Assembly (NCBI GenBank): GCA_039920685.1
Contig: JBDSDG010000289.1
Coordinates: 1-54,902 of the forward strand
Reading direction: 5' to 3'
Length of the DNA stretch: 54,902 nucleotides
DNA from: Ferruginibacter sp.
GTDB lineage: Bacteria; Bacteroidota; Bacteroidia; Chitinophagales; Chitinophagaceae
In this document: piece by piece, positions 29,217-38,970 of the stretch
How positions within the stretch are numbered: position 1 is the stretch's first letter
How the letters are laid out: every line of letters starts with the position of its first letter
The notes under the pieces: model-generated
What the model saw: the letters and a program-made list of their open reading frames with translations, nothing else
Told to the model about the DNA's origin: nothing
The model's database searches: none
Translations under genes and position numbers: made by a program

Positions 29217-30866
29217 TTAGAAAATTTGTATCCTGGTTACTTCTCCTTCATCTGTTGAAGTAACAGGAATGTCATTAACCTTTTGATAGATCATACCTTT
29301 TCCTTTAGAGAACCAAATTTCCCATTGATAATTATCAACATCACCGGATCCTACATTGTATGAAAAAATGTACCTCACTTTGATCACATTTGTATAAGTA
29401 TTTCCAGCAATAATGGCAACCGCTCCCTTGTCAAGTATCGTACACATCACCATTGAAGTTGCCGGCAGGCCATTCCAGGTATTATTTCCAAGGTCAACCA
29501 TCCACGTTGCATTTATTGCAAGACTGGAATCTAAAACCAACCCATCTACATTAAAATTATTATCCAGGCCGTAACTATCGTCAAAGATCACGTAGTACAT
29601 TCCTCCTACTTTTCTGTGAAAGGTGGAATCAACCGGGATTCCAAGCTCCTTTTCTTCAAATATTTTATAGGTTCTTGCATTGATGACGATTGAATTTGGG
29701 CTTACTTGTGTATAGGATGTATCAGAAGGCAGGCCGCCGACGTATCTATCTGAATAATTACTAAATGAAGTTTCTGGGATATAATCTTCATTTACAGGTG
29801 TACCGGTAAATGTTATAGAAAACGAACAGGTTGACGCACCGGAGGCAGGATCATAATTAAATATGCCGCCATTTACAGGTGTGCCAGACCCGGTGAGTGT
29901 AACTGGTTGCGGGCCGGTGGTGGTAAAAGTTCCTGTCGCACTAAATGTAACACCATTCACCGTATTTGAAGAAATAAAATAAGTGCCGCTAGAAACAACC
30001 GTAACATTTATTACTACCGTATTGGCCGCTGTTAGCGGCGTACCTGCACTATAAGTACCGGCATAGGTAGCTCCGCTACAGTTTCCAGCTGTGGCATCCA
30101 ATGTGAATACTGATACTCCACCGCCGCCGGCTGGTAAAACGGTTATGCTGAATGTACAACTACTGGTTCCATTGGTAGACGTTACATTAATGATACCTGC
30201 GGAAGTTGGCGTGCCTGTACCATTTAAAATCACCGGTTGTATGCCGGTTGAATTAAAGACACCTATAGAACTGAATACCATTCCATTTGCAGAAGCAGCC
30301 CCCAAAGTATACGTACCGGTATCTGTAACATTTACAGAGATGCTTATTGTATTATTGATATCAAGTGCCGTCCCCTGCATGTATGTGCCATTTACAATTG
30401 CCCCGGAGCAAGTGCCCGGTGATCCTTCCAACGAATAGGTTGCCGGACCTGTCCCGGAATTGATCACTATCACATCAACAACGCATGTACTAGAATCAAA
30501 TGAAATCGTAAACTGGTCAGTGCCTGGTGATAATGGCTTGCCTATTCCAAACAGCCTGACTGTATTCATACCTACGCTATCAAAATTACCATTGCCGCGG
30601 AAGGAATAGCCATTGACAGTATCTGATTTAATATCATAGGTACCTATAACAGTAACGGCTACCTGTATGTCTATGAAATTATTGGTATTTAAAAGTGAAT
30701 CTTCCTTGAATATTCCATTTACAGTGCTTGGCAGGCAATCCCCTGATGCATCTTTTTTTAATGCCCCATGGCTAATTCCATCGATCTGAAAATCCAGTTC
30801 TTTCTGGCAAGCAATTAAAATGAGGGATGCGGTGATCACGGCAGTTATGCATTTAAAAATTTTCAT
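29217..30866 (-). CDS. Surface lipoprotein with three tandem ~110-aa Cys-bracketed beta-rich repeats
   Basis: Lipobox LIAC20 followed by QKELD; repeats with Cys pairs 44/128, 153/237, 263/347; distinct C-terminal domain. Confidence 0.85.
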   Translation of the reverse strand: MKIFKCITAVITASLILIACQKELDFQIDGISHGALKKDASGDCLPSTVNGIFKEDSLLNTNNFIDIQVAVTVIGTYDIKSDTVNGYSFRGNGNFDSVGMNTVRLFGIGKPLSPGTDQFTISFDSSTCVVDVIVINSGTGPATYSLEGSPGTCSGAIVNGTYMQGTALDINNTISISVNVTDTGTYTLGAASANGMVFSSIGVFNSTGIQPVILNGTGTPTSAGIINVTSTNGTSSCTFSITVLPAGGGGVSVFTLDATAGNCSGATYAGTYSAGTPLTAANTVVINVTVVSSGTYFISSNTVNGVTFSATGTFTTTGPQPVTLTGSGTPVNGGIFNYDPASGASTCSFSITFTGTPVNEDYIPETSFSNYSDRYVGGLPSDTSYTQVSPNSIVINARTYKIFEEKELGIPVDSTFHRKVGGMYYVIFDDSYGLDNNFNVDGLVLDSSLAINATWMVDLGNNTWNGLPATSMVMCTILDKGAVAIIAGNTYTNVIKVRYIFSYNVGSGDVDNYQWEIWFSKGKGMIYQKVNDIPVTSTDEGEVTRIQIF

Positions 30867-30897
30867 GTTGGATCTTTGTTTTTATAAAGATATATTT

Positions 30898-31596
30898 TTA
30901 TGAGATATGAGAAGTATCGTCAGCCAATGCTTCCGTTTCTATAGTGTGATGTGCAGGGATTTCATTCCGTTGCCTGAAAAACCTTTTCTGAAAGAGCAGT
31001 ATAAAGATGATGCCAGTGCTGATGGATGCATCAGCAAGATTGAATATTGGCCGAAAGAATTCAAAATCCTGCCCTCCCCAGATCGGGAACCAGGAGGGGA
31101 ACTGGCTTTTAATAATCGGGAAATAAAGCATGTCTACTACATTTCCATGAAGGAAAGAAGCATAGCCATGTGAAGAAAAAGCTGCCAATCCACTGTAGCC
31201 AACATAATCATTAGACAAAGAATCGAATGTCATTCCTTTATCAAATATTAACCCATAAAAACACGAATCGATCAAATTGCCAAGTGCTCCGGCATACACC
31301 AAAGCTGCACAGAGGATAAAACCTTTATGGTAATGCATTCGTATGATCCTACCCAGATACCATGTTCCGAAAATTACGGCCCCTAATCGAAATACCGTTA
31401 AAGCCAGCTTTCCCCAATTTCCGCCAAACTTCCATCCATAAGCCATTCCGGGGTTCTCAACAAAATATAACTGGAACCAATTCCCAGCTATATGTGTTGA
31501 AGTATTTAAATGAAAGGTGGTTTTAATATAAATTTTTAATGCCTGGTCGGCGATAAGGATGAGTGATATAATTATAATTACCTGTCTTACTTTCAT
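30898..31596 (-). CDS. lspA: Lipoprotein signal peptidase (SPase II), long Bacteroidota form
   Basis: DQALK, ENPGMAYG, GALGNLID, GNVVDM, FNLAD. Confidence 0.95.
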   Translation of the reverse strand: MKVRQVIIIISLILIADQALKIYIKTTFHLNTSTHIAGNWFQLYFVENPGMAYGWKFGGNWGKLALTVFRLGAVIFGTWYLGRIIRMHYHKGFILCAALVYAGALGNLIDSCFYGLIFDKGMTFDSLSNDYVGYSGLAAFSSHGYASFLHGNVVDMLYFPIIKSQFPSWFPIWGGQDFEFFRPIFNLADASISTGIIFILLFQKRFFRQRNEIPAHHTIETEALADDTSHIS

Positions 31597-31641
31597 CGGT
31601 CGTCTGTTTTACCTTACTTATTTATTTACTTTTTCGGGCAG

Positions 31642-31649
31642 CAAAGATA
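31642..31649 (-). promoter_or_regulatory. -7 promoter element of lspA
   Basis: Minus strand TATCTTTG about 45 bp upstream of the ATG. Confidence 0.6.
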
Positions 31650-31686
31650 TGTGTTTAGCTACACCATTACTATTGATATCAGCACG

Positions 31687-34167
31687 CTATTCTTCATAAT
31701 AAACACGCTTAACCCTTTGGGAAATATTGGTCAGGATCTCGTAAGGTATGGTGCCGGCCCATTCAGCTACTTTTGAAACAGGAAGTTCCGCACCAAAGAC
31801 GATCAGTTCATCTCCCTCTTTTGCGTCTATTCCTGTGATATCCAGCATTGTCATATCCATGCAAACATTTCCGATAACTGGTACCAGCTGATCATTTAAT
31901 AACATCTTTCCTGAGCCATTTCCCAACGACCGCGGATAACCATCGGCATATCCGATCCTCACAATTGCTATAACTGTATCTTTTTTAAGTAAAGCTTTCC
32001 TGCTATAACCAATAGTTTCGCCCTTTTTTACAGGTTTGATCTGTGAAATGCTTGTTTTTAGCGTCGTTACATTTTGCAGCTCCATCCGTGTGTCAACTCC
32101 ATATAGGCCTATTCCAAGACGAACCATATCATACTGCATTTCGGGGTGGCGGTGAATGGCAGAGGTGTTGGCAATGTGTTTCAGGAAAGTATAGCCAACC
32201 GTGTCTTGAATTTTCTTACTCATGGATACAAAAGATGCTGCCTGTTCCTTGGTAAAATCGTCATGCATTTCTTCGTCACTTGCAGCCAGGTGGGAAAATA
32301 CAGATACTAATTTCAGGTGCTCTGATCGGGAAAGGATCTCACAAAGAGGATCAATATCCAATACAAGGAATCCGAGGCGGTGCATTCCTGTATCCAATTT
32401 TATATGAACCGGGTAATTATAAATATGGTTCAATTGGAGGTAACGGATAAAAGCATTCAATATATTGAACGAATATAATTCCGGTTCCAGCTGGTATTGA
32501 ATAATATTATCAAAGCCAGCCTCTTCAGTATTCATAACCATAATGGGTAACCGTATCCCACCTTTACGCAATGAAACTCCTTCATCGGCATAAGCTACCG
32601 CCAGGTATTCTACACCGGCATGCTGCAATACATTTGCAATTTCATAGCTTCCACTGCCATAACTGAATGCTTTTACCATCACCATCCGCATTACTTTTTC
32701 CTTCAAAAACAAGGTGTAAAGCTTCAGGTTATTTCTCAACGCATTAAGGTTGATCTCTAATACGGTTTCATGCATCTTTTGCTCCAATGCATTGCTGATC
32801 TTTTCAAATCGGAATATCCTGGCTCCTTTTAATAAGATCGTTTCTTCTGAAAAGTCAAGGGAATGTAATTGCTTTAAAAATTCCTCGGTTGACTGGAAGA
32901 ACTTCTTGTTGCCAATATCCTTAAAAGCATCCTGGTGGGAAGAGATTTCCGGGCCAATACCAATAAACCGGTAGAGGTCTTTTCGGATCAGCATTTCAGA
33001 AATATCATCATACAACTTTTCAGCGTGTAACCCTGACTGTAATATGTCGCTTAATATCACAGTACGCCTGGTATGCTGCTGCTGTTGCGACAAAAAGTCG
33101 AGCGCAATGATAAGTGAGTTCAGGTCAGCACTGTAACTATCATTTATGATCGAGCAGTTATTGATCCCCCCTTTTAGCTCCAGCCTCATCTCTACCTGCC
33201 GAAGCTGGTTGATATGTGCTGCAATCGATGCAACCGGAACGTCCATGCAAAGCAACACGCAGCAACAGGTTATCGCATTTTGAATGGAGGCATCATCAAT
33301 AAAGGGAATAAAGAAATCAAACCCGGTATTTTTATAAAGGCAATAGATGATACTTCCATCCTGTTGTTTTTTGATCCTTCGAACAAAAACTTCTGCTTCA
33401 TGTTGCGTACTCCATGAAAACAACATGATCAAACCATTGACGGAATTTTTAAACCTGATCACACATGATTGCAAATCTTCATCATCGGAACAATAAACAA
33501 GAACCTTGCTATTAACAAATAACAAAAGCTTTTCATTGATCTTTTGATGAACATCTTTAAATCCTTCTGCGTGTGCATTGCCGGTGTATGTAAATACACC
33601 GATCTGTGGATCAATTATTTTTTGAAGTCGCTGCATTTCCGCCGGCTGAGAAATACCAGCTTCAAATATCCCAAGTGTATGCATGTCGCTCATATTCCAT
33701 ACACTCAACGGAACGCCCACCTGGGAGTTATAACTTTTTGGACTTCTTACAATATTATGATCGTTGCTTAGAAGCTGATAAAGCCATTCTTTGACGATCG
33801 TTTTACCGTTACTTCCCGTAATTCCGATAACAGGGTATTCAAACCTGTGACGGTGGTAGGCTGCAATATCCTGTAATGCTTTGGTCACATCCCCGGTGAT
33901 GATAAAATTACCATCAGTAAATTGATTTACGTCAATTTTATGGTGGTCATCATTAATAATAAAGCAACGCACACCGGATTCGTATAAGGATCCAACAAAT
34001 AAATTAGCATCGCGTTGAGGGCCGCTAATGGCAAAGAATAATGTATTATGAGGGATCAATAATTTACGGCTATCTGTAAGCAAGGATTCAATAACACGGT
34101 CACTAGATAGTTGCACCGGAACTATTTTCAGTAGTTTGCCTATTTCGGAAAATGTCAATGAGTGCAT
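31687..34167 (-). CDS. murF-alr: Bifunctional MurF ligase / alanine racemase
   Basis: DSRK, GITGSNGKT, NDSY, LLKGAR (MurF); MVKAFSYGSG, HIKLDTGMHRLG, GYADG, GNVCMDM, TIPYE (Alr). Confidence 0.95.
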   Translation of the reverse strand: MHSLTFSEIGKLLKIVPVQLSSDRVIESLLTDSRKLLIPHNTLFFAISGPQRDANLFVGSLYESGVRCFIINDDHHKIDVNQFTDGNFIITGDVTKALQDIAAYHRHRFEYPVIGITGSNGKTIVKEWLYQLLSNDHNIVRSPKSYNSQVGVPLSVWNMSDMHTLGIFEAGISQPAEMQRLQKIIDPQIGVFTYTGNAHAEGFKDVHQKINEKLLLFVNSKVLVYCSDDEDLQSCVIRFKNSVNGLIMLFSWSTQHEAEVFVRRIKKQQDGSIIYCLYKNTGFDFFIPFIDDASIQNAITCCCVLLCMDVPVASIAAHINQLRQVEMRLELKGGINNCSIINDSYSADLNSLIIALDFLSQQQQHTRRTVILSDILQSGLHAEKLYDDISEMLIRKDLYRFIGIGPEISSHQDAFKDIGNKKFFQSTEEFLKQLHSLDFSEETILLKGARIFRFEKISNALEQKMHETVLEINLNALRNNLKLYTLFLKEKVMRMVMVKAFSYGSGSYEIANVLQHAGVEYLAVAYADEGVSLRKGGIRLPIMVMNTEEAGFDNIIQYQLEPELYSFNILNAFIRYLQLNHIYNYPVHIKLDTGMHRLGFLVLDIDPLCEILSRSEHLKLVSVFSHLAASDEEMHDDFTKEQAASFVSMSKKIQDTVGYTFLKHIANTSAIHRHPEMQYDMVRLGIGLYGVDTRMELQNVTTLKTSISQIKPVKKGETIGYSRKALLKKDTVIAIVRIGYADGYPRSLGNGSGKMLLNDQLVPVIGNVCMDMTMLDITGIDAKEGDELIVFGAELPVSKVAEWAGTIPYEILTNISQRVKRVYYEE

Positions 34168-34184
34168 CCGGTAAATTTGGTTTA

Positions 34185-35120
34185 CTATGATTCCCGTTCC
34201 TGTTGTGTTTTAAATATAGAATATAATACTGAACCGCCTATACAAACTACTATGACCATAAGGGACAGCCATACCTGGATATGAACCCATTTTTCGATCA
34301 GCATTTTTACGCCAATGAATAACAACACAACTGCTATGCCTTGCTGGAGGAAATCGAACTTGTTGGCCGCACCTTGTAACAAAAAAAACAAGCTCCGTAA
34401 TCCCAGCACCGCAAAAATATTTGAGGAGTAGATAAGCAATTTATCAGCAGGATCGGGGATGATCGAAAAAACAGCAGGAATGGAGTCTATCGCAAAAACA
34501 ATATCAATCAGCCCAAGCATCACCACTACCATAGATAACTTCGTTAAATAAGTTTTCTTTTCAATTTTCATGAAGAATTTACCATGTGATTCTTTATTGG
34601 TAGTCCTTAAGAATTTTTTCATGAATTTGAAGGCCCAGTTATTCTCAGGGTCAAATTCATGCCCTTCCTTTGCCGTAAACAATTTAATACCGGTAAATAA
34701 AAGGAATGCGCCAAAAACATACATAATCCAGTCAAACCTGGTTACCAGCGTGCTGCCTATGGTAATAAAAATTATCCTGAAAACAATTGCCATTAAGATG
34801 CCCAATAACAACACCCGCGAATAGTTATTCTCGTGCACCTTAAAAAAAGAAAAAATGATTATAAATACAAAAATGTTGTCAATAGAAAGAGACCACTCCA
34901 GCAGGTATGCGGAAATGTATTGGATAGCACTTGTTTTACCACTCTCATACCATATATACGCACAGAATGCAAGTGAAAGCAATACCCAGAAAATGGTTTG
35001 TACCAACGCCATCTTAAGGCTGATGACCGAATTCTTTTTACTGAGCAATCCAAGATCCAATGCAAGCGCTACCACTATAACACCACTAAAAACCACATAA
35101 ATAAGTTGGGTTGTGTTCAT
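34185..35120 (-). CDS. TerC/Alx family membrane protein
   Basis: LEWSLSIDNIFVF, DIVFAIDSIPAV, SNIFAVLGLRSLFF; start trimmed to ATG 35120, which overlaps the gldG stop (ATGA). Confidence 0.92.
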   Translation of the reverse strand: MNTTQLIYVVFSGVIVVALALDLGLLSKKNSVISLKMALVQTIFWVLLSLAFCAYIWYESGKTSAIQYISAYLLEWSLSIDNIFVFIIIFSFFKVHENNYSRVLLLGILMAIVFRIIFITIGSTLVTRFDWIMYVFGAFLLFTGIKLFTAKEGHEFDPENNWAFKFMKKFLRTTNKESHGKFFMKIEKKTYLTKLSMVVVMLGLIDIVFAIDSIPAVFSIIPDPADKLLIYSSNIFAVLGLRSLFFLLQGAANKFDFLQQGIAVVLLFIGVKMLIEKWVHIQVWLSLMVIVVCIGGSVLYSIFKTQQERES

Positions 35121-36850
35121 GAATTCTTTTGTGTTATAACCGATGTGTATTTTTTCCTGCGGACAAATTGAAACAGAAAGCCAAACAAAATAACAGCCAT
35201 GATTGGTGCCACGATATTTATTACCTGCCACATGGTTTTTTGCTGAGCAGTTTTTTTCGTATCTAATAAACGAAGTGTATAATCCTTCGATTTTGCTTCA
35301 GACAATCCGGATTGATCAACCAGGTAATCAAAGCAATTCTGCAGGAAATCCTTATTTGCAAACGTGAATTCATATTGTGAGCCGAAGGTGAAAGGGTTTG
35401 TACCCATTGGCATTGGCTCGTTCTTTACAAGACTGTTTAGTACCACATCACCATCAGAAACAATGATCATTTTATTGGTTCGTATATTTTGTGTTAGAAA
35501 TTCTTCTCCATAACTCTCCAGGCTATCTTTCATAGATCCGGAAAGCCGGTTTTTAAACAAGGAAGAAAATTTTCCTTCAAGCAGAACCGCTACCGGGATG
35601 TGTGCAATTTTAAATTTTTCGTCCTCGGGGGCATTCACGTTTTCCTTTCCACTGATAAGTGCAGGAGCGGATATGACCCGTGCATTAGGAGAAGAGAACA
35701 GGAGAATTGTTTTTTTTATTCCTTCTGCCTCAACCGTATCAATTGAGTTTACAAATTTTCCTGAAATGAAACCAAGGTTTTTATTGATCGCATGATTTGA
35801 AGCAGACGCAAATACCGGGAAATAATTCCAGGATAAAAATTCATACTGGCCATTGCCATTTACATCAAAGGGCAGTTTATCACTTTGCAGATCCATCACC
35901 AGGTCATTGTTTATCCGAACACCATACCGGAATAACAGGTCATCAAGTGCAAGGTCCCGGTCATATGCAACAACTTCATTCCTTACCCGCAAGCTATCCA
36001 TTTCTGCATTAAGCTTATCAATGAACATTAGTATTTTTCCGCCTCGCATAACAAACTGGTCGATCTTTAATTTTTCCGGTTCTGTGAAAGCCTGCGTAGG
36101 CTTTACGATCAATAACAATTTAAAAGTATCAGGAATTACTGGCTGGGTATTCAGGTTGAATGAGAATACATTATAGTTTGGACGTAAAACATTTTCAAAC
36201 AGGTCATATGTTATGTAACTTGCTACTTGCGGCTCTCCGTTACCGGTAGAATATGCGATCATTGGTTTTTCATCAACAGATAATTTATACAATGCATCCG
36301 ACAACTGGTATTCCATCATCGCTTCCGCACTGTTAATCTCCCGCCGGCCTATACCTATATTGGGAATGCCATTGTACAACTTAATGGGAATAATTTTGTC
36401 TTTGTATCGCGCCAGCGCAACCGGGTAAACCAGCTGTTGTTGCTCCCCGGATTTTAGTTGTGATTTTAAATTTATAGGGAATAATCCCATAGACCCAAGC
36501 GTATCTCCCCACTTCACCGAAGTATTTTCCATCACATCATCGGGACTTACAAAACTGAATTGAAGTTTATTGCCGGCCACCTCTTTGAACTCCTGGAGCA
36601 TTTCCTCTGTACTACCTGCAAGTTTCTTAAATCCACTGGGAAAATCACCTTTGAGAAAAACTTTAACCTCAATGATATCATCCAGGTCAGTTAGCATTTT
36701 TTTTGTTGCTGTTGATAAAGTAAACCGATTTTCATTTGTAAGATCCAGCCGCGTATGATAAATGGAAGCCAACCAATTGATAAATGCGATAAGTACGATC
36801 ACTATGAGCAACCATATTTTACTTCGCCATATTTTGTTTACAATGCCCAC
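35117..36850 (-). CDS. gldG: Gliding motility-associated ABC transporter substrate-binding protein GldG
   Basis: RLDLTxENRFTLS, DQFVMRGGK, IIVSDGD, ANKDFLQNxxDYL, C-terminal TM; directly follows gldF. Confidence 0.93.
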   Translation of the reverse strand: MGIVNKIWRSKIWLLIVIVLIAFINWLASIYHTRLDLTNENRFTLSTATKKMLTDLDDIIEVKVFLKGDFPSGFKKLAGSTEEMLQEFKEVAGNKLQFSFVSPDDVMENTSVKWGDTLGSMGLFPINLKSQLKSGEQQQLVYPVALARYKDKIIPIKLYNGIPNIGIGRREINSAEAMMEYQLSDALYKLSVDEKPMIAYSTGNGEPQVASYITYDLFENVLRPNYNVFSFNLNTQPVIPDTFKLLLIVKPTQAFTEPEKLKIDQFVMRGGKILMFIDKLNAEMDSLRVRNEVVAYDRDLALDDLLFRYGVRINNDLVMDLQSDKLPFDVNGNGQYEFLSWNYFPVFASASNHAINKNLGFISGKFVNSIDTVEAEGIKKTILLFSSPNARVISAPALISGKENVNAPEDEKFKIAHIPVAVLLEGKFSSLFKNRLSGSMKDSLESYGEEFLTQNIRTNKMIIVSDGDVVLNSLVKNEPMPMGTNPFTFGSQYEFTFANKDFLQNCFDYLVDQSGLSEAKSKDYTLRLLDTKKTAQQKTMWQVINIVAPIMAVILFGFLFQFVRRKKYTSVITQKNS

Positions 36851-37569
36851 TATTTTTTATGCAGGTTTTTGGTTGTGAGCAATAAGAAAAGCAATATCAG
36901 AGTGATAAAATAAACCAGGTCACGGGTATCCAAAACACCCCTGCTAATGCTCCTGTAATGAAAGTCTATCCCGATCATTTCCAAATAGTAATCCGCTGTA
37001 CCCTGGAAAAAAGGAAATCTACTAATTGCGCTAAAGCCAAAGTAAAGTACCACGCAGGCAAAGGCACTGACCAGGAATGCAACTACTGCATTATTGGTCA
37101 ATCCGCTGCAATAAAGACTAATGGCAGCAAATACGGCACCTAATAGAAAAAGGCCCGTATAACTGCCCATGAGACCACCACTGTCAATACCCGAAACACT
37201 TAATGCCTTGATCGTTAAAACATAAATAAGAGTGGGAATGATGACAAAAAGAACAATGATGAGAATTGACAGGTATTTTCCCGTTACGATCTGCCAGGGT
37301 GTTAAAGGTTTTGTTTGAAGGATCTCAAATGTGCCGGCCCTGAATTCTTCAGAAAGCGCCCTCATGGTGATCGCCGGTATCAAAAACAATAGTACCCAAG
37401 GTGCTAATTCAAAGAAATTATCCAGGCTTGCATATCCGAATTCGAAAATGCTTGAATCGTTAAGTACGAAAAGGAATAGCCCATTAATTATAAGAAACAG
37501 GACAATAGCTATGTAACCAGAAAGATTGCTGAAAAACTGGTTTAGGTCTTTTTTACAAATACTCCACAT
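36850..37569 (-). CDS. gldF: Gliding motility-associated ABC transporter permease GldF
   Basis: FLIPAITMR, EEFRAGTFEILQTKP, HYRSISRGVLDTRD, multiple TM segments. Confidence 0.95.
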   Translation of the reverse strand: MWSICKKDLNQFFSNLSGYIAIVLFLIINGLFLFVLNDSSIFEFGYASLDNFFELAPWVLLFLIPAITMRALSEEFRAGTFEILQTKPLTPWQIVTGKYLSILIIVLFVIIPTLIYVLTIKALSVSGIDSGGLMGSYTGLFLLGAVFAAISLYCSGLTNNAVVAFLVSAFACVVLYFGFSAISRFPFFQGTADYYLEMIGIDFHYRSISRGVLDTRDLVYFITLILLFLLLTTKNLHKK

Positions 37570-37612
37570 ATTCCAAATATTGCTGCAATTTACTATTTAA
37601 CAATCTAATAGG

Positions 37613-37644
37613 TTGCTCATATGCCAGTCAGTAAATTAATTTTA
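37613..37644 (+). promoter_or_regulatory. Promoter-like element for a short + strand transcript
   Basis: TTG-N21-TAATTTTA, one mismatch to the TAnnTTTG consensus. Confidence 0.4.
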
Positions 37645-37790
37645 TCATAAATGCAGCAGATCAATACCTCTCATTGTCATAGAATTGTCTACCTGCAGGA
37701 ACACCACTCATGGCTACGATAAAATATTTTTAACGGATCCACCCCTAAAAATGGCAAGAGCTTATCCCACTTGTTTACCAAAACCAATTC

Positions 37791-37821
37791 AGTCCCCCGA
37801 TTTAAACGGGGGGCTTTTTTT
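37791..37821 (+). terminator. Strong intrinsic terminator with no conventional upstream gene
   Basis: AGTCCCCCG-ATTTAAA-CGGGGGGCT followed by a T run. Confidence 0.85.
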
Positions 37822-37927
37822 GCCCTTTTTTCTAAAATTGTAAAAAAAAATAGCCTCTAACTGCTCAAATACATCATAAAAAATTTAACTTAACAGCATT
37901 ATATTCACCATCTTTAAAAATTAATGT

Positions 37928-38905
37928 ATGAAAAAGATCCTAGTGATGTTGGCTGGCTGTTTTATCCTGGCTACAGGTTGTAAAAAAAGTGCAGTAAATG
38001 AAGAACCGGCTCTTTCCGAAGAAACAACATCAGGCCTACGCCATTGCGCTTCCCAGGAAGTATTATTGGAACAGCTGCAACAGGATCCAAGCCTAGCTGA
38101 ACGCATGGACCAGATTGAGCAATTTACGAACCGTTATATACAACATCCGTCAAACAATCGCCTTATCGCCGGAGGCATTATTGAAATACCGGTAGTGGTG
38201 AATGTACTTTATAAAACAGGTGCTCAAAATATCTCACAGACACAGATACAATCTCAAATAGATGTTTTGAATGAAGATTTTAAAGCGATGAATTCTGATT
38301 ACAGTAGCACACCATCGATTTTCCAGGCAGTGAGGGCAGGAGATGTACAGGTAACTTTTGTATTAGACCAGGTGGTAAGAAAAGCGACCTCTAAAACAAA
38401 ATGGTCAGCAAACGATGCTATGAAAAAGGTAAATACCGGTGGTATAGATCCAACCAGTCCTACCACTAAATTAAATTTATGGGTTTGTAATATGGGAGGA
38501 GGCATTTTAGGTTATGCTCAAGTCCCGGGAGGCAGTTCGTCCACAGATGGAGTTGTGATCGATGACAACGCCTTCGGCCGCACAGGAACTGTAACTGCTC
38601 CTTATCATAAAGGAAGGACAGCAACACATGAGGTAGGGCATTGGCTCAATCTTCGGCATATTTGGGGAGATGCGAATTGTGGATCTGACCTTGTTGGAGA
38701 CACACCTTTACATAATACAGCCAATTACGGCTGTCCTGCTTATCCGCACATGAGCACATGTTCCGGTACACCAGTAGAGATGACCATGAATTATATGGAT
38801 TATACTGATGATGCATGTATGTTCATGTTCAGTGCAGGACAAAAAACCAGGATGCAGGCAGTATTTGCAAGTGGTGGTCCAAGGAATAGTTTTGCGCAAC
38901 CATGA
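37928..38905 (+). CDS. M43 (pappalysin/ulilysin-like) zinc metalloprotease lipoprotein
   Basis: Lipobox ATGC, propeptide Cys (RHCAS), HEVGHWLNLRH zinc motif, MNYMDY Met-turn. Confidence 0.95.
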   Translation: MKKILVMLAGCFILATGCKKSAVNEEPALSEETTSGLRHCASQEVLLEQLQQDPSLAERMDQIEQFTNRYIQHPSNNRLIAGGIIEIPVVVNVLYKTGAQNISQTQIQSQIDVLNEDFKAMNSDYSSTPSIFQAVRAGDVQVTFVLDQVVRKATSKTKWSANDAMKKVNTGGIDPTSPTTKLNLWVCNMGGGILGYAQVPGGSSSTDGVVIDDNAFGRTGTVTAPYHKGRTATHEVGHWLNLRHIWGDANCGSDLVGDTPLHNTANYGCPAYPHMSTCSGTPVEMTMNYMDYTDDACMFMFSAGQKTRMQAVFASGGPRNSFAQP

Positions 38906-38926
38906 TCAACAAGGCGAAATAATTAT

Positions 38927-38955
38927 AAAAGCGAAGAAATCTTTCTTCGCTTTTT
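38927..38955 (+). terminator. Intrinsic terminator
   Basis: AAAAGCGAAGAAA-TC-TTTCTTCGCTTTT. Confidence 0.8.
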
Positions 38956-38970
38956 ATTTACAGTAATAAA

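Noticed and set aside
34185-35120. Tellurite resistance island
   Set aside because: Single TerC/Alx-type gene without terABDEZ or mobility genes.
37751-37843. 30-codon ORF MARAYPTCLPKP...
   Set aside because: Runs through the terminator stem and T tract, so likely incidental.
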